Source: a virus | Lineage: Duplodnaviria > Caudoviricetes | Direction: 5' to 3' (one strand) | Length of the DNA: 64,000 nucleotides | IMG/VR virus record: IMGVR_UViG_2844540631_000002 | Coordinates: 14,262-78,261 of that record | Part shown: in pieces, positions 27,546 through 37,078 of the stretch | Position numbering within the stretch: the stretch's first letter is position 1 | Layout of the letters: each line of letters starts with the position of its first letter | Made by a program: the position numbers and the translations under genes | Notes under the pieces: model-generated | What the model was told of the DNA's origin: nothing | Seen by the model: the letters and a program-made list of their open reading frames with translations, nothing else | Databases searched by the model: none

Positions 27546-28241
27546 GTGAGCATCGCCGAGGACCTTCAGAAGCTGGAGCCGGGCGCCCTCGTGGAGCTCT
27601 TCGTGCTGGATGCCACGGCGCTGCCCGGCGGCGGCATCAGCTACTTCCACGCGGGCACCAACGGACTGGGCGGGCCGGTGGTGTGGCAGGGCGCGGAGTA
27701 CCAGCCCTGGCCCGTGGAGGCGCGGGGCTTCGAGAAATCCGGCACGGGGCGCCTGCCTCGGCCCACGCTTACCATGGCCAACGTGGCGGGCACCATCGGC
27801 GCCCTGGCCCGGGACTTCAACGACTTGCTGGGCGCGCGCGTCCTGCGCAAGCGCACCTTCGCGCGCTACCTCGACGCGGTGAACTTCCCCGGCGGCGTCA
27901 ACCCCACCGCCAGCCCGGTGGAGGCATTCCCCGATGACGAGTTCGTGGTGGACCAGAAGACGTCCGAGTCGAAGCACTTCATTGAGTTCGCGCTCGCGGC
28001 GCGGTGTGACTTGGACGGCATCCGCATCCCGCTGCGCGTCATCACGCAGATGTGCGGGTGGGAGTACCGGAAGGAGGGGTGTGGGTACGCGGGCCCGCCT
28101 GTGGCGAAGGTGGACGACAGCCCGACGACGTCGCCAGCGGAGGACAGGTGCGGGAAGCGGCTGGGGAGCTGCACGCTGCGCTTCGGGGAGACGGGAGTGT
28201 TACCGTTCGGGGGCTTTCCTGGCTGTGGACTTCTCAGGTAG
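27546..28241 (+). CDS. Tail tip protein L
   Basis: LQKLEPGALVELF; RKRTFARYLDAVNF; four Cys C.WEYR..GCGY...C.K....C. Confidence 0.92.
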   Translation: MSIAEDLQKLEPGALVELFVLDATALPGGGISYFHAGTNGLGGPVVWQGAEYQPWPVEARGFEKSGTGRLPRPTLTMANVAGTIGALARDFNDLLGARVLRKRTFARYLDAVNFPGGVNPTASPVEAFPDDEFVVDQKTSESKHFIEFALAARCDLDGIRIPLRVITQMCGWEYRKEGCGYAGPPVAKVDDSPTTSPAEDRCGKRLGSCTLRFGETGVLPFGGFPGCGLLR

Positions 28242-28256
28242 CGAAGGAGGAATGAG

Positions 28257-28877
28257 GTGCCTTGCAAGCTTGACCTCACGGGCCAGACATTCGGACGCCT
28301 CACGGTGCTGGAAGAGGCTCCGAAGAAGGGGAAAGAGTCGGCTTGGCGGTGTCGCTGTGTCTGCGGCACCGAGACGATTGTGGCGGTCGGCAAGTTGAGG
28401 GGTGGCACTACCGCATCGTGTGGATGCATCCGTCAGGAGCGACTCGCCGAGCGGAATCGCACGCACGGCTTGACGGGGACTCCGACACATCGGAGTTGGA
28501 AGGCGATGTTGTCGCGATGCACGAACCCCAAATATCCTGGGTTCCAGAAGTACGGGGCCCGCGGCATCACCGTCTGTTCGCGTTGGCGCTCATTCGAGAA
28601 CTTCCTTGTGGACATGGGGGAGCGTCCACCCGGGAAGACGCTCGACCGCATCGACAACAACGGCCCTTACTCGCCAGAGAACTGTCGCTGGGCGAGTCTC
28701 CGAGAACAGAGTCTGAACAAGCGTTCCAACCGACGCATCACCATGGATGGGATGACGTTGACCCTTTTGGAGTGGTGCGAGCGCCTCAATCGAAAGCGGG
28801 CAACGGTCTATGACCGACTCCGGCTGGGATGGTCCATTGAGCGGGCCCTGACTGAGCCGGTGAGTGGCGGCAGTTGA
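28257..28877 (+). CDS. Free-standing HNH homing endonuclease-like protein
   Basis: [12 protein letters not shown]; WRCRCVCG; YGARGITVC; [19 protein letters not shown]. Confidence 0.85.
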   Translation: MPCKLDLTGQTFGRLTVLEEAPKKGKESAWRCRCVCGTETIVAVGKLRGGTTASCGCIRQERLAERNRTHGLTGTPTHRSWKAMLSRCTNPKYPGFQKYGARGITVCSRWRSFENFLVDMGERPPGKTLDRIDNNGPYSPENCRWASLREQSLNKRSNRRITMDGMTLTLLEWCERLNRKRATVYDRLRLGWSIERALTEPVSGGS

Positions 28878-28930
28878 TGGTGCTGCCGTGCACCAATCCA
28901 GCCGTGAGAGCGAGGCAGGTGCCCGATTGC

Positions 28931-29719
28931 TTAGGTGGCACTCGCCGCTTTTGCCGCCATGGCCGATGGCGATGAAGGCTGGATCGCAATGTTGCGCACT
29001 TCATAGGTAATACCTTGTTGAGATGGAATCGTTGGAGTGGGAATCAAGAAGTCCGTGGATACGAGCACTAGATATCGATACGTAGCTAGTTCGAAGCCGG
29101 CGAGTGTCTCCCCAGAGTATCTCTCGGCCTGGACATGTGCTTCCCTTGCCTTTTTAATGGGAGCATCGCCCGCGCGTACGACTTTCCACTCGGTAAGGAC
29201 CATTGCGTCAGCTACTTGTGCGGCTTCACGTTCGATTAGGGCCTGCCCCAAGACGAGGTCGGTCTTGCCGCCTGTTGAGTTTGCCTTGAATGCCCAGATG
29301 CTGTGAAGAAGCATGTGAACAGCCCCGAGCTTCTCGCACGCTTCTTCAGCGCGGGCTTCCTGAAGCGCGCGCATCCACTTCGTCTGGATATCGACGTCAG
29401 CAACAAGGCTTCGTTGTAGGTGTGTAAACGCGCGATCTACTGCCCGGCGCGCCCGTGCATTCTTGTCAGTCAAGAAATAGTCAACTTGCGCACGAACGGT
29501 GCTGAGGCGACATGCCATATGAAATACGCCCTCCGCGCTTGTTGAGCCGGAGCCTTGGAACTCCATGTCTGCATCAGCCGCGCAGATGAAGTTGTCGAGA
29601 GCTTCCTGGGCGCCCGGGTGCAGGTGAGATTTGAATTGTGTGTTGAACTGCTTTAGGAGTGCGTATAGGTCTCTGAGTTCATGTTTCGCAGTTTTGTTGA
29701 GCGTAGCTGTGCTCGACAT
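28931..29719 (-). CDS. Low-GC moron, putative PD-(D/E)xK-fold nuclease
   Basis: EEACEK...GKTDLVL...LTEWK...AHVQAERY. Confidence 0.55.
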   Translation of the reverse strand: MSSTATLNKTAKHELRDLYALLKQFNTQFKSHLHPGAQEALDNFICAADADMEFQGSGSTSAEGVFHMACRLSTVRAQVDYFLTDKNARARRAVDRAFTHLQRSLVADVDIQTKWMRALQEARAEEACEKLGAVHMLLHSIWAFKANSTGGKTDLVLGQALIEREAAQVADAMVLTEWKVVRAGDAPIKKAREAHVQAERYSGETLAGFELATYRYLVLVSTDFLIPTPTIPSQQGITYEVRNIAIQPSSPSAMAAKAASAT

Positions 29720-29920
29720 GAGCGCCGAACCGTTCGCGAAGAAGCGTAGTAGATCCAGTGTGGCGGACAGGCGAGCTGACCATGACTTCCATTCATCATT
29801 CCAAATCAGATGCGGCCTCGCTGAGTTGTCTGCTTTAGCTGTTTAGTCGGAGTTTCGGCCAGGGCGTTTGTTCTGAGAACGAGCAAGCGGACCTGCGTGG
29901 GCTTGCTCCGGTGAGCGCGC

Positions 29921-30265
29921 TCAGGCGGCAGGCACGTGGACGCCCTGGATGGGAGCTTCTGCCGGGTGGCTCGCCTTCAAGTAGCGGATGTACCAGAGCG
30001 CGGCGCCGACGATGAAGCGCTCGGTGGGCATGCCCAGGTGATGCGCCGTGGACACCGCCGTTGCGTACTCAGCCTCGCCCATCTCCGTCTTCATCGTCAT
30101 GGAGAGGGGCTTGATCGCGGCGGTGCGGGCGGCAACAGGCAGGCCCCCACAGTCCACCGAGGCGTGCTCGATCAAGCGGGCGGGCGTGAGCCCCGTCAGG
30201 CTCGCGGCGGCCAGGATGGCGGCGGCCTCCTCGGGCATGGCTGGCAGGGAGAGAGACACAGGCAT
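29921..30265 (-). CDS. Hypothetical protein (possible RHH-type repeats)
   Basis: Antisense ORF; start uncertain. Confidence 0.35.
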   Translation of the reverse strand: MPVSLSLPAMPEEAAAILAAASLTGLTPARLIEHASVDCGGLPVAARTAAIKPLSMTMKTEMGEAEYATAVSTAHHLGMPTERFIVGAALWYIRYLKASHPAEAPIQGVHVPAA

Positions 30266-30371
30266 GAGGTAGTCCTTTCCGGAGTGGAAGCAGGGAGCCT
30301 CGGCGCCGCGAGAGAATCGGTCAAGGTTTGACGGTGCGGAAGCAGTCCACCCTGGCCAGCAGAGTTGGGGG

Positions 30372-31103
30372 ATGGACCCCTCTGGCCTGTCGTCGCTGGT
30401 GGATGTCGTCATCGAATCCGCTCGGGCCCACGCTCGAATTGAGTACCCACGCGAGTCGTGCGGCCTCGTGGTGCTTGTGAATGGCATGCCACAGTACGTC
30501 GCGTGCCGTAATCAGGCCGAGGGGCAGGCCCACTTCATCCTCCACCCGGAGGACTACGCGCGGGCGGAGGCGGAAGGGGAGGTGGTGGCGGTGGTGCACT
30601 CCCACCCCAACGCGGCCCCGGAGCCGAGCGAGGCGGACCGCGTCAGCATGGAGCGCTGGGGCCTGCCCTGGCTCATCGTCAACGTGCCCGTGGGCCACTG
30701 GCGGCTGTGGCACCCCACCGGGTACCGGCCGCCGCTGGTGGGCCGCCCCTTCAGCCACGGCGTCCTGGACTGCTTCTCCCTCATTCGCGACTACTACCAG
30801 GAGCGGCTGGGACTCGAGCTGCCCGACTTCCACCGGCCGGACGGCTGGTGGGACAAGGGCGGCAACCTCTACCTGGACGGGTACGCCGAGGCGGGCTTCG
30901 TGGACGTCACCGGCCAGGCGCTGCGCGAGCATGACGTGCTCCTCATGCAGCTGCGCGCGCCGGTGCCCAACCACGCGGGCGTCTACCTGGGGGCGGACGT
31001 CGTCCTCCACCACCTCCAGAATCGCCTCTCTGGAAGGGAGACGTACTCGGGCTTCTGGGAGCGAATCACCCGGAAGGTCGTCCGACACCGCACCCTATGC
31101 TGA
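30372..31103 (+). CDS. Tail tip assembly protein K (JAB + NlpC/P60)
   Basis: PRESCG; VHSHPNAAPEPSEAD; DCFSLIRDYY; NHAGVYLG. Confidence 0.92.
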   Translation: MDPSGLSSLVDVVIESARAHARIEYPRESCGLVVLVNGMPQYVACRNQAEGQAHFILHPEDYARAEAEGEVVAVVHSHPNAAPEPSEADRVSMERWGLPWLIVNVPVGHWRLWHPTGYRPPLVGRPFSHGVLDCFSLIRDYYQERLGLELPDFHRPDGWWDKGGNLYLDGYAEAGFVDVTGQALREHDVLLMQLRAPVPNHAGVYLGADVVLHHLQNRLSGRETYSGFWERITRKVVRHRTLC

Positions 31104-32170
31104 CAACGGTGGTACTCGGAGGGCCGCTGGGCCGGCACTTCGGCCGCGTCTGGCGGTTGGACTTGAGCGTGCCTTCGCCCGCCGAGGCCGTGCGCGCCCT
31201 CTCGGCGGTGTGCGAGGGCTTCGCGCGGTATCTGGTGGAGCACAGCGAGCCGGGCTTCCACGTCTTCGTCGGCAAGCGCGACGTGGGCCAGGACGAACTG
31301 GCGCGCCCGGCTGACGCGCCCGTCATCACCGTCATTCCGGCCCTGGCCGGGGCGAAGGTGGGCGTCTTCCAGGTGGTGATGGGGGCCGTGCTCATCGCAG
31401 GCGGCGCGGTGCTCTCGGCCTACGGCTTCGGTGTGGGTACGCCCCTCATCACCATGGGCGCATCCCTGGTGGTGGGCGGTGTCTCGCAGATGCTCTTCGC
31501 GCCGCCCGCACCTGCGGCCCCGGACGAGGAGCCGAAGAACAAGCCCAACTACGCCTTCAACGGGCCGGTGAACACGCTGGCGCAGGGCCACCCGGTGCCC
31601 ATCTGCTACGGCGAGCTGGAGGTGGGCAGCTGCGTCATCTCCGCGGGCATTGTCACCGAGTGGAGCGAGGGCGGCGGCTTCGGTGGCAAGTACGGCAGCG
31701 GGCAGACGGGGCCGGGCGGGCAGGGACCCTCGGGCGGTGGGTGTCCGGCACCATGGGTGCCCATTCTCCTTGCGGACGGGCGGGAGGTGCCCGCCGGCGA
31801 GGTGGAGGTGGGCATGCGCGTCCTCACCCAGCACGAGACGACGCTGCGGTGGGGCGCGTACCTCGTCACCGACGTGGCCCTCTTGGAGGCGGAGTGCTGG
31901 CGGTTGGAGCTGGAGGACGGCCGCGCCTTCGTGGGCACGTACAACCACCGCGTGCGCACCGAGGCGGACTGGGTGGAGCTGCGGCACCTAGTGCCCGGCA
32001 CGCTGCTGCTGGGCGCCCAGCCCGGCGTGGTGCGGGAGGTGGTGGCGTGCGGACGTGGGCCGGTGGTGCGCATCACCGTGGACGGGGCGCACACGTACCA
32101 GACGCTGAGCTTCCTCTCGCACAACGCCAAGCGCGCAGACCCGGAGGCACCGCATGAAGTCGAAATCTGA
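31097..32170 (+). CDS. Tail tip assembly protein I with C-terminal Hint domain
   Basis: gpI motifs (AEAVRAL; NYAFNGPVNTLAQGHPVPICYGE); Hint from CPAP (31742) with TYNH to SHN (32125). Confidence 0.88.
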   Translation: MLTTVVLGGPLGRHFGRVWRLDLSVPSPAEAVRALSAVCEGFARYLVEHSEPGFHVFVGKRDVGQDELARPADAPVITVIPALAGAKVGVFQVVMGAVLIAGGAVLSAYGFGVGTPLITMGASLVVGGVSQMLFAPPAPAAPDEEPKNKPNYAFNGPVNTLAQGHPVPICYGELEVGSCVISAGIVTEWSEGGGFGGKYGSGQTGPGGQGPSGGGCPAPWVPILLADGREVPAGEVEVGMRVLTQHETTLRWGAYLVTDVALLEAECWRLELEDGRAFVGTYNHRVRTEADWVELRHLVPGTLLLGAQPGVVREVVACGRGPVVRITVDGAHTYQTLSFLSHNAKRADPEAPHEVEI

Positions 32171-34670
32171 GCTGGGCCCCGTCATCGGCTACGGCGGGGC
32201 GAATGGGGGCAAGGGCGGTGGCGGCGCGCAGCGCACGCCCGTGGAGCTCCCGGACACGCTGAAGTCCACCAACTACGCCCGCGTGCTGGACTTGCTCTGC
32301 GAGGGGGAAATCGTCGGGCTCGTGGACAAGCTGAAGTCCGTCTACCTGGACGGCGTCGTCGTCCAGAATCCCAACGACACCTACAACTTCCGCGACGTCA
32401 CCCTCTACGACGTGCAGGGGACGCAGGGGCAGGAGTACATCCCTGGCTTTCCCTCCGCGGAGGCGGAGTTCTCCGTCAACACGGAGGTGAAGCGCTACGA
32501 GCCCGTCGTCCGCACCGTCAGCGACGCCAACGTGGACGCGGTGCGCATCACCGTGCAGGTGCCGCAGCTCACCTTCCAGAGTGCGCTCACCGGCGACTTG
32601 ATGCCGTCCATGGTGCTCATCGGCATCGACGTGCAGAGCAACGGCGGCGGCTTCGTTGAGCAGGACCTGGAGGGAGCGGGTGTCATCGCCGGCAAGTGCA
32701 CCAGCCCCTACGAGCGGACGTACCGTGTGGAGCTCACCGGCAGCGCGCCGTGGGACATCCGCGTGCGGCGCCTCACCGCGGACAGCACGCAGGCCAACCT
32801 GCAGAACAAGACGCTGTGGAAGTCCTACGCCACCCTCATCGACGAGAAGCTCAGCTACCCCAACAGCGCGCTGGTCGCCCTCCAGGTGTCCGCGCACCAG
32901 TTTCAGGCGGTGCCCACGCGCTCGTACCGGATTCGGGGCCTGAAGGTGCGGGTGCCCAGCAACTACAACCCGCTGACGCGGGAGTACTCGGGCACGTGGG
33001 ACGGCACCTTCAAGGTGGAGTGGACGGACAACCCTGCGTGGTGCTTCTACGACTTGCTGACGACGCGGCGCTACGGCCTGGGCCGCTTCCTCAACGAGGG
33101 GCACGTCGACAAATGGGGCCTGTACACCATCGGCCGCTACTGCGACGAGTTGGTACCGGACGGGAAGGGCGGCCAGGAGCCGCGCTTCCGCTGCAACCTC
33201 TACCTCCAGTCGCAGGCGGACGCGTACCAGGTGGTGAACAACCTCGCCTCCGTCTTCCGAGGCATGACGTACTGGGCCAGCGGCGCGGTGTACGTCGCCC
33301 AGGACGCGCCCCGGGACGCCGAGTACCTCTTCACCCCGGCCAACGTGGTGGACGGCCTCTTCACGTACTCCAGCAGCGGCCGGCGTGCGCGCCACACCGT
33401 CGCGCTCGTCACCTGGAACGACCCGGCCAACCACTACAAGTCCGCGAAGGAGTACGTGACGGACGAGGACGGCCTGCGCGAGTACGGCTACAACCCCACC
33501 GAGGTGGTGGCGCTGGGCTGCACCTCGCGCGGCCAGGCGCAGCGGGTGGGCCGGTGGCTCCTCTTCACCGAGCGGCTGGAGACGGAGACGGTGGTGTTCC
33601 GGACGGGCCTCGAGGGCGCCCTGCGCAACCCCGGCGCGGTGGTGAAGCTTCAGGACCCGTACCGGGCCGGCCGCCGCTGGGGTGGGCGGGTGGTGGCCGC
33701 CACCGCCACCCAGGTAGAGCTGGACGCGGACGTCACCCTTGAGGCGGGGAAGACGTACTCCCTCTCCGTGGTGATGCCGGACGGGGCGGCGGTGGAGCGC
33801 GAGCTGGCGCCCGCGGCGCCGGCGCCGTACCGGGCCCTCACCGTCGCCACGCCCTTCCCCGTGGCGCCCGCCCGGAATGCCGTCTGGGTGCTCGCGGCGT
33901 CCGACTTGGCGCCCACGACGTGGCGCATTCTCAGCGTGGCCGAGGTGGAGCCGCACCTCTACGAAGTCACGGCGCTGCGCCACCACCCGGGCAAGTACGA
34001 CGAGGTGGAGCTCGGCGTGAAGCTGCAGCCGGTGCCCACCTCCGTGCTGCCTTCCTCGGCGCCACCCGCGGACCTCGTGCTGGGGGAGAGCCTCTACAAG
34101 ACGACGAATGGCGGGTTGAAGGTGTCCCTCAACGCCCGGTGGGCGCAGCGCCCCAGCGCCACCGAGTACGTGGTGCGCTGGCGGGTGGACGGGGGCAACT
34201 GGACGACGGTGACGGGGGTGCAGTCGCACTTCTGGGAGTTGCTGGACATCAACCCCGGCGCGTACTCCGTGCAGGTGGCGGCCGTCCTCAACGGCTTCGT
34301 CACCGCCTATTCCGAGGCCTCCCTCAACGTGCGAGGCAAGCTGGCGCCACCCTCGGACGTCGTGGGCTTCGGCTACACACTCAACGGCAACACGGCCACG
34401 CTGCGGTGGACGGAAATCCCGGACCTGGACCGGGACACCTACGAGCTGCGCTACGGCGGGACGAATTGGGACAACGCCACCCCCATCTCGAAGGTGCGCG
34501 CCACCGCGCACGAATGGCCCGTGCCTGGGCCTGCGGACCACGTCGTGCGCGTGAAGGCCATCGACACCACGGGCAATCCCTCCACCAACGACACCACCGT
34601 CACCGTCCGCGCGGCGCCCACTACGCCCGCGTCCGTCACCATGACGGTGTCCTCCACCCCTCCGCCGTAG
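32154..34670 (+). CDS. Tail tip protein J (central fibre core with FN3 domains)
   Basis: DLLCEGEIVGL; YPNSAL; WTDNPAWCFYDLLT.RYGLG; EPRFRCN. Confidence 0.93.
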   Translation: MKSKSELGPVIGYGGANGGKGGGGAQRTPVELPDTLKSTNYARVLDLLCEGEIVGLVDKLKSVYLDGVVVQNPNDTYNFRDVTLYDVQGTQGQEYIPGFPSAEAEFSVNTEVKRYEPVVRTVSDANVDAVRITVQVPQLTFQSALTGDLMPSMVLIGIDVQSNGGGFVEQDLEGAGVIAGKCTSPYERTYRVELTGSAPWDIRVRRLTADSTQANLQNKTLWKSYATLIDEKLSYPNSALVALQVSAHQFQAVPTRSYRIRGLKVRVPSNYNPLTREYSGTWDGTFKVEWTDNPAWCFYDLLTTRRYGLGRFLNEGHVDKWGLYTIGRYCDELVPDGKGGQEPRFRCNLYLQSQADAYQVVNNLASVFRGMTYWASGAVYVAQDAPRDAEYLFTPANVVDGLFTYSSSGRRARHTVALVTWNDPANHYKSAKEYVTDEDGLREYGYNPTEVVALGCTSRGQAQRVGRWLLFTERLETETVVFRTGLEGALRNPGAVVKLQDPYRAGRRWGGRVVAATATQVELDADVTLEAGKTYSLSVVMPDGAAVERELAPAAPAPYRALTVATPFPVAPARNAVWVLAASDLAPTTWRILSVAEVEPHLYEVTALRHHPGKYDEVELGVKLQPVPTSVLPSSAPPADLVLGESLYKTTNGGLKVSLNARWAQRPSATEYVVRWRVDGGNWTTVTGVQSHFWELLDINPGAYSVQVAAVLNGFVTAYSEASLNVRGKLAPPSDVVGFGYTLNGNTATLRWTEIPDLDRDTYELRYGGTNWDNATPISKVRATAHEWPVPGPADHVVRVKAIDTTGNPSTNDTTVTVRAAPTTPASVTMTVSSTPPP

Positions 34671-34679
34671 AGAGAAAGC

Positions 34680-36584
34680 ATGCGCTCACGCGAAAAAGAG
34701 CTTCAGGGCGGCATCGACGTGGACGTCACGCCGGGCGAGCCGAACCCCCGTCTCCTCAAGCCGCGGTACTTCGACATTCGCTGGGAGCACGTCGAGACGC
34801 TGCCCACGCACCTCCTGCTGGGCTTCAGCGTGGCCGTCTACGAAGGGGATGACCCCAACAACACGGACGCCTACCTCCTGGAGCCAGTGCGCGTCGGCCC
34901 CTCGGAGCGCCGCACAGTGGTGTCGCTGCGCGTGGCCACCACGGTGGAGGTGAAGTGCGCCGTCCAGGCCCTGTACTCCAACGGCACGCAGAGCAGCTGG
35001 CGCGTCCTCGGTGGCGCGGTGGCGGCGGACCCGGACATGGTGAAGCTGGCCACCGCAGACTTGAAGAATGTCCCCGCCGCGGCCGCGCAGGCGGCGTCCC
35101 GGAATGCCGTGGGCGCCTTCACCGAGTCCTTCGAGCGCTCGCCCTTCGACTTGGGCAACTGGGAGCGCAACCCATTGCTGGCACCGCCGGCAGTGTCCCT
35201 CGTCTCCGGCCAGGGCTATTCCGGGGGCAACGCCCTGCGGTGCACCAACGCCGTGTGGATTTACTCCACAGTGAAGCTGCCGTACGACCCGTCGAAGCTG
35301 TACCGCCTGCGCTGCCGCGTGCGTCAGTTTCAGGAGCCCACGTCCGGCGGGAAGGCGGTGTACTGCGGATTGGTGGGCTGGGCGGCGGACGGCGTCACCA
35401 TGGTGAACGCGGCCGGCCTCAACGACTTGGGCAGCCAGCACTACTACTGCATCTCCGGCGCGCTGCTGCCGGCGTCCACCGGCTATAGCGAATTCACCGG
35501 CTGGGTGAAGGGACTGTCCGCCAACGTCACGGAGAACTGGCCCTCGCAGGACCCGCGCAACCCCCGGCCCATGCACCAGGCCACGCGCTACGTGTCCCTG
35601 GTGCTCATCGCCAACCTGGACGCCGGCAACGGCGTGACGGACTTCGACTCCGCAGTGGTGGACGTCTTCGACGAGTCGGCCACCCCGCGCGTGTACACGG
35701 CTCTCAACCCGGACGGGAGCATCAGCTACAACGTGGGCATCTCCGATGGGAGTGGGGCGCCGCGTACCATTGCGAAGGGCCGCCAGGCGCAGCTCGCCGC
35801 GCACGGGGCCTATGTGGCCTTCAACCCGCCGTTTCAGAACACGCCCATGGTGCTTCTGCGCGGTGGCCTCACGCACGAGCCGCGGGCGAAGTGGGGGGCC
35901 ACGGGCAGCGGAAACGAGACGGGGGCCTACAACGCGGCCCTGCCGACGTATGACGACACCCAGGCGATTATGAATGGGGGCAGCGGCTTCACCCTGCGCG
36001 CTCGACTGCGCCAGCGCGGCGGCACCGTCACGGCCCGGACGAACAACCCCGCCAGCTCGTCCAACCTCGCCACCGGCATCGGCTCCACGGTGGAGGTGGT
36101 GCTCAGCAACGCCCCGGCGACGAACGACCAGTACGCGCTCCGTTTCAACGCCATCATCTACCTGCTCACGCCGCCGCGCACGGGGGACCTGGGGGCGGGT
36201 GGGAGCTGGGAGCCGGGGTCGGCCGTGGGCAGCATCGTCGTAGCGCTGGACAGCCTGGACGTGGGGCAGTCCTGGGTGGAGCGCGCCACGGTCACGCTCT
36301 GGGCCAACTCCAACAACAACACAGTGAACTGGGTGCAGTCCGTGAACACGCACATCGGGGAGGTACTGACGGCGGCGGCGCCGGGCCTGGGCGCGGCGGA
36401 CAGGCTGCGCCTGCGCATCAAGTCCGTGTCCGTGCCGACGGGCAGCAACCAGCCCACCGCGCACGTCTGGCACTCCAGCGTGGATGCTGGGGCGGGCGTC
36501 ACCTACAGCACCTCGACGGACCAGTACGCCTCGAAGACGCCGGACGTTGGGGACGTGCTCTACTGGGAGGCCTTGGACGCATGA
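34680..36584 (+). CDS. Putative receptor-binding / tail fibre protein
   Basis: Beta-rich; FN3-like N-terminus then CBM-like jelly-roll (KLPYDPSKLYRLRCRVRQ); directly after J. Confidence 0.65.
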   Translation: MRSREKELQGGIDVDVTPGEPNPRLLKPRYFDIRWEHVETLPTHLLLGFSVAVYEGDDPNNTDAYLLEPVRVGPSERRTVVSLRVATTVEVKCAVQALYSNGTQSSWRVLGGAVAADPDMVKLATADLKNVPAAAAQAASRNAVGAFTESFERSPFDLGNWERNPLLAPPAVSLVSGQGYSGGNALRCTNAVWIYSTVKLPYDPSKLYRLRCRVRQFQEPTSGGKAVYCGLVGWAADGVTMVNAAGLNDLGSQHYYCISGALLPASTGYSEFTGWVKGLSANVTENWPSQDPRNPRPMHQATRYVSLVLIANLDAGNGVTDFDSAVVDVFDESATPRVYTALNPDGSISYNVGISDGSGAPRTIAKGRQAQLAAHGAYVAFNPPFQNTPMVLLRGGLTHEPRAKWGATGSGNETGAYNAALPTYDDTQAIMNGGSGFTLRARLRQRGGTVTARTNNPASSSNLATGIGSTVEVVLSNAPATNDQYALRFNAIIYLLTPPRTGDLGAGGSWEPGSAVGSIVVALDSLDVGQSWVERATVTLWANSNNNTVNWVQSVNTHIGEVLTAAAPGLGAADRLRLRIKSVSVPTGSNQPTAHVWHSSVDAGAGVTYSTSTDQYASKTPDVGDVLYWEALDA

Positions 36585-36991
36585 CACTGTGGAAGCCGAA
36601 GACGCTGAAGGACCACCTCGACGCTCGGCGTACCCGCTCGGCGCCCGCATCTCTCCGCGCCATGACGGGCGAGCCGGCGCGTGGGCCCGCGGGGGAGATA
36701 CTGCGCCCCACGGAGGTGGAAGAGCCGGAAAATCCGCTGCGGCCGTGCCCGTGTGGCCGCCGGCAGCAGGCGGACATGATGGCGGACGTGTCCATGGTGC
36801 CGCCCGCGACGCGCGAGGCGTGGGGGCTCGTCCCGGACGCGGACTTCGTCTGTGACGGCTGCCTCAACGGGATTCACCTGCGCGGCTTCGCCACCCGTGA
36901 GGAAGTCCTGGAGGTGCTCGGTGCGCCGAGGCCCCTCCTGCAGTTCGTCCGCGTGGCGCGACTCCGCTCGGGCGTCGGCTCTGGCATGTGA
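36581..36991 (+). CDS. Hypothetical Cys-motif protein (fibre chaperone?)
   Basis: ATGA coupling; CPC...CDGC. Confidence 0.5.
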   Translation: MTLWKPKTLKDHLDARRTRSAPASLRAMTGEPARGPAGEILRPTEVEEPENPLRPCPCGRRQQADMMADVSMVPPATREAWGLVPDADFVCDGCLNGIHLRGFATREEVLEVLGAPRPLLQFVRVARLRSGVGSGM

Positions 36992-37078
36992 GGTGTTTGG
37001 TGTCCTGTAGGAAAGTGCGCGTTCGCCTGCGCTCGCGTGCCATTCAATAGTCGGCGCGCTGGGTGTGTGCTTCCGCGC

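Noticed and set aside
28257-28877. HNH gene as a defence system
   Set aside because: Sense-strand, typical free-standing homing endonuclease type
30372-31103. JAB plus NlpC/P60 fusion as a novelty
   Set aside because: This is the standard lambda gpK architecture
31742-32125. Canonical splicing intein with homing endonuclease
   Set aside because: 128 aa, no endonuclease domain, and the +1 residue is Ala
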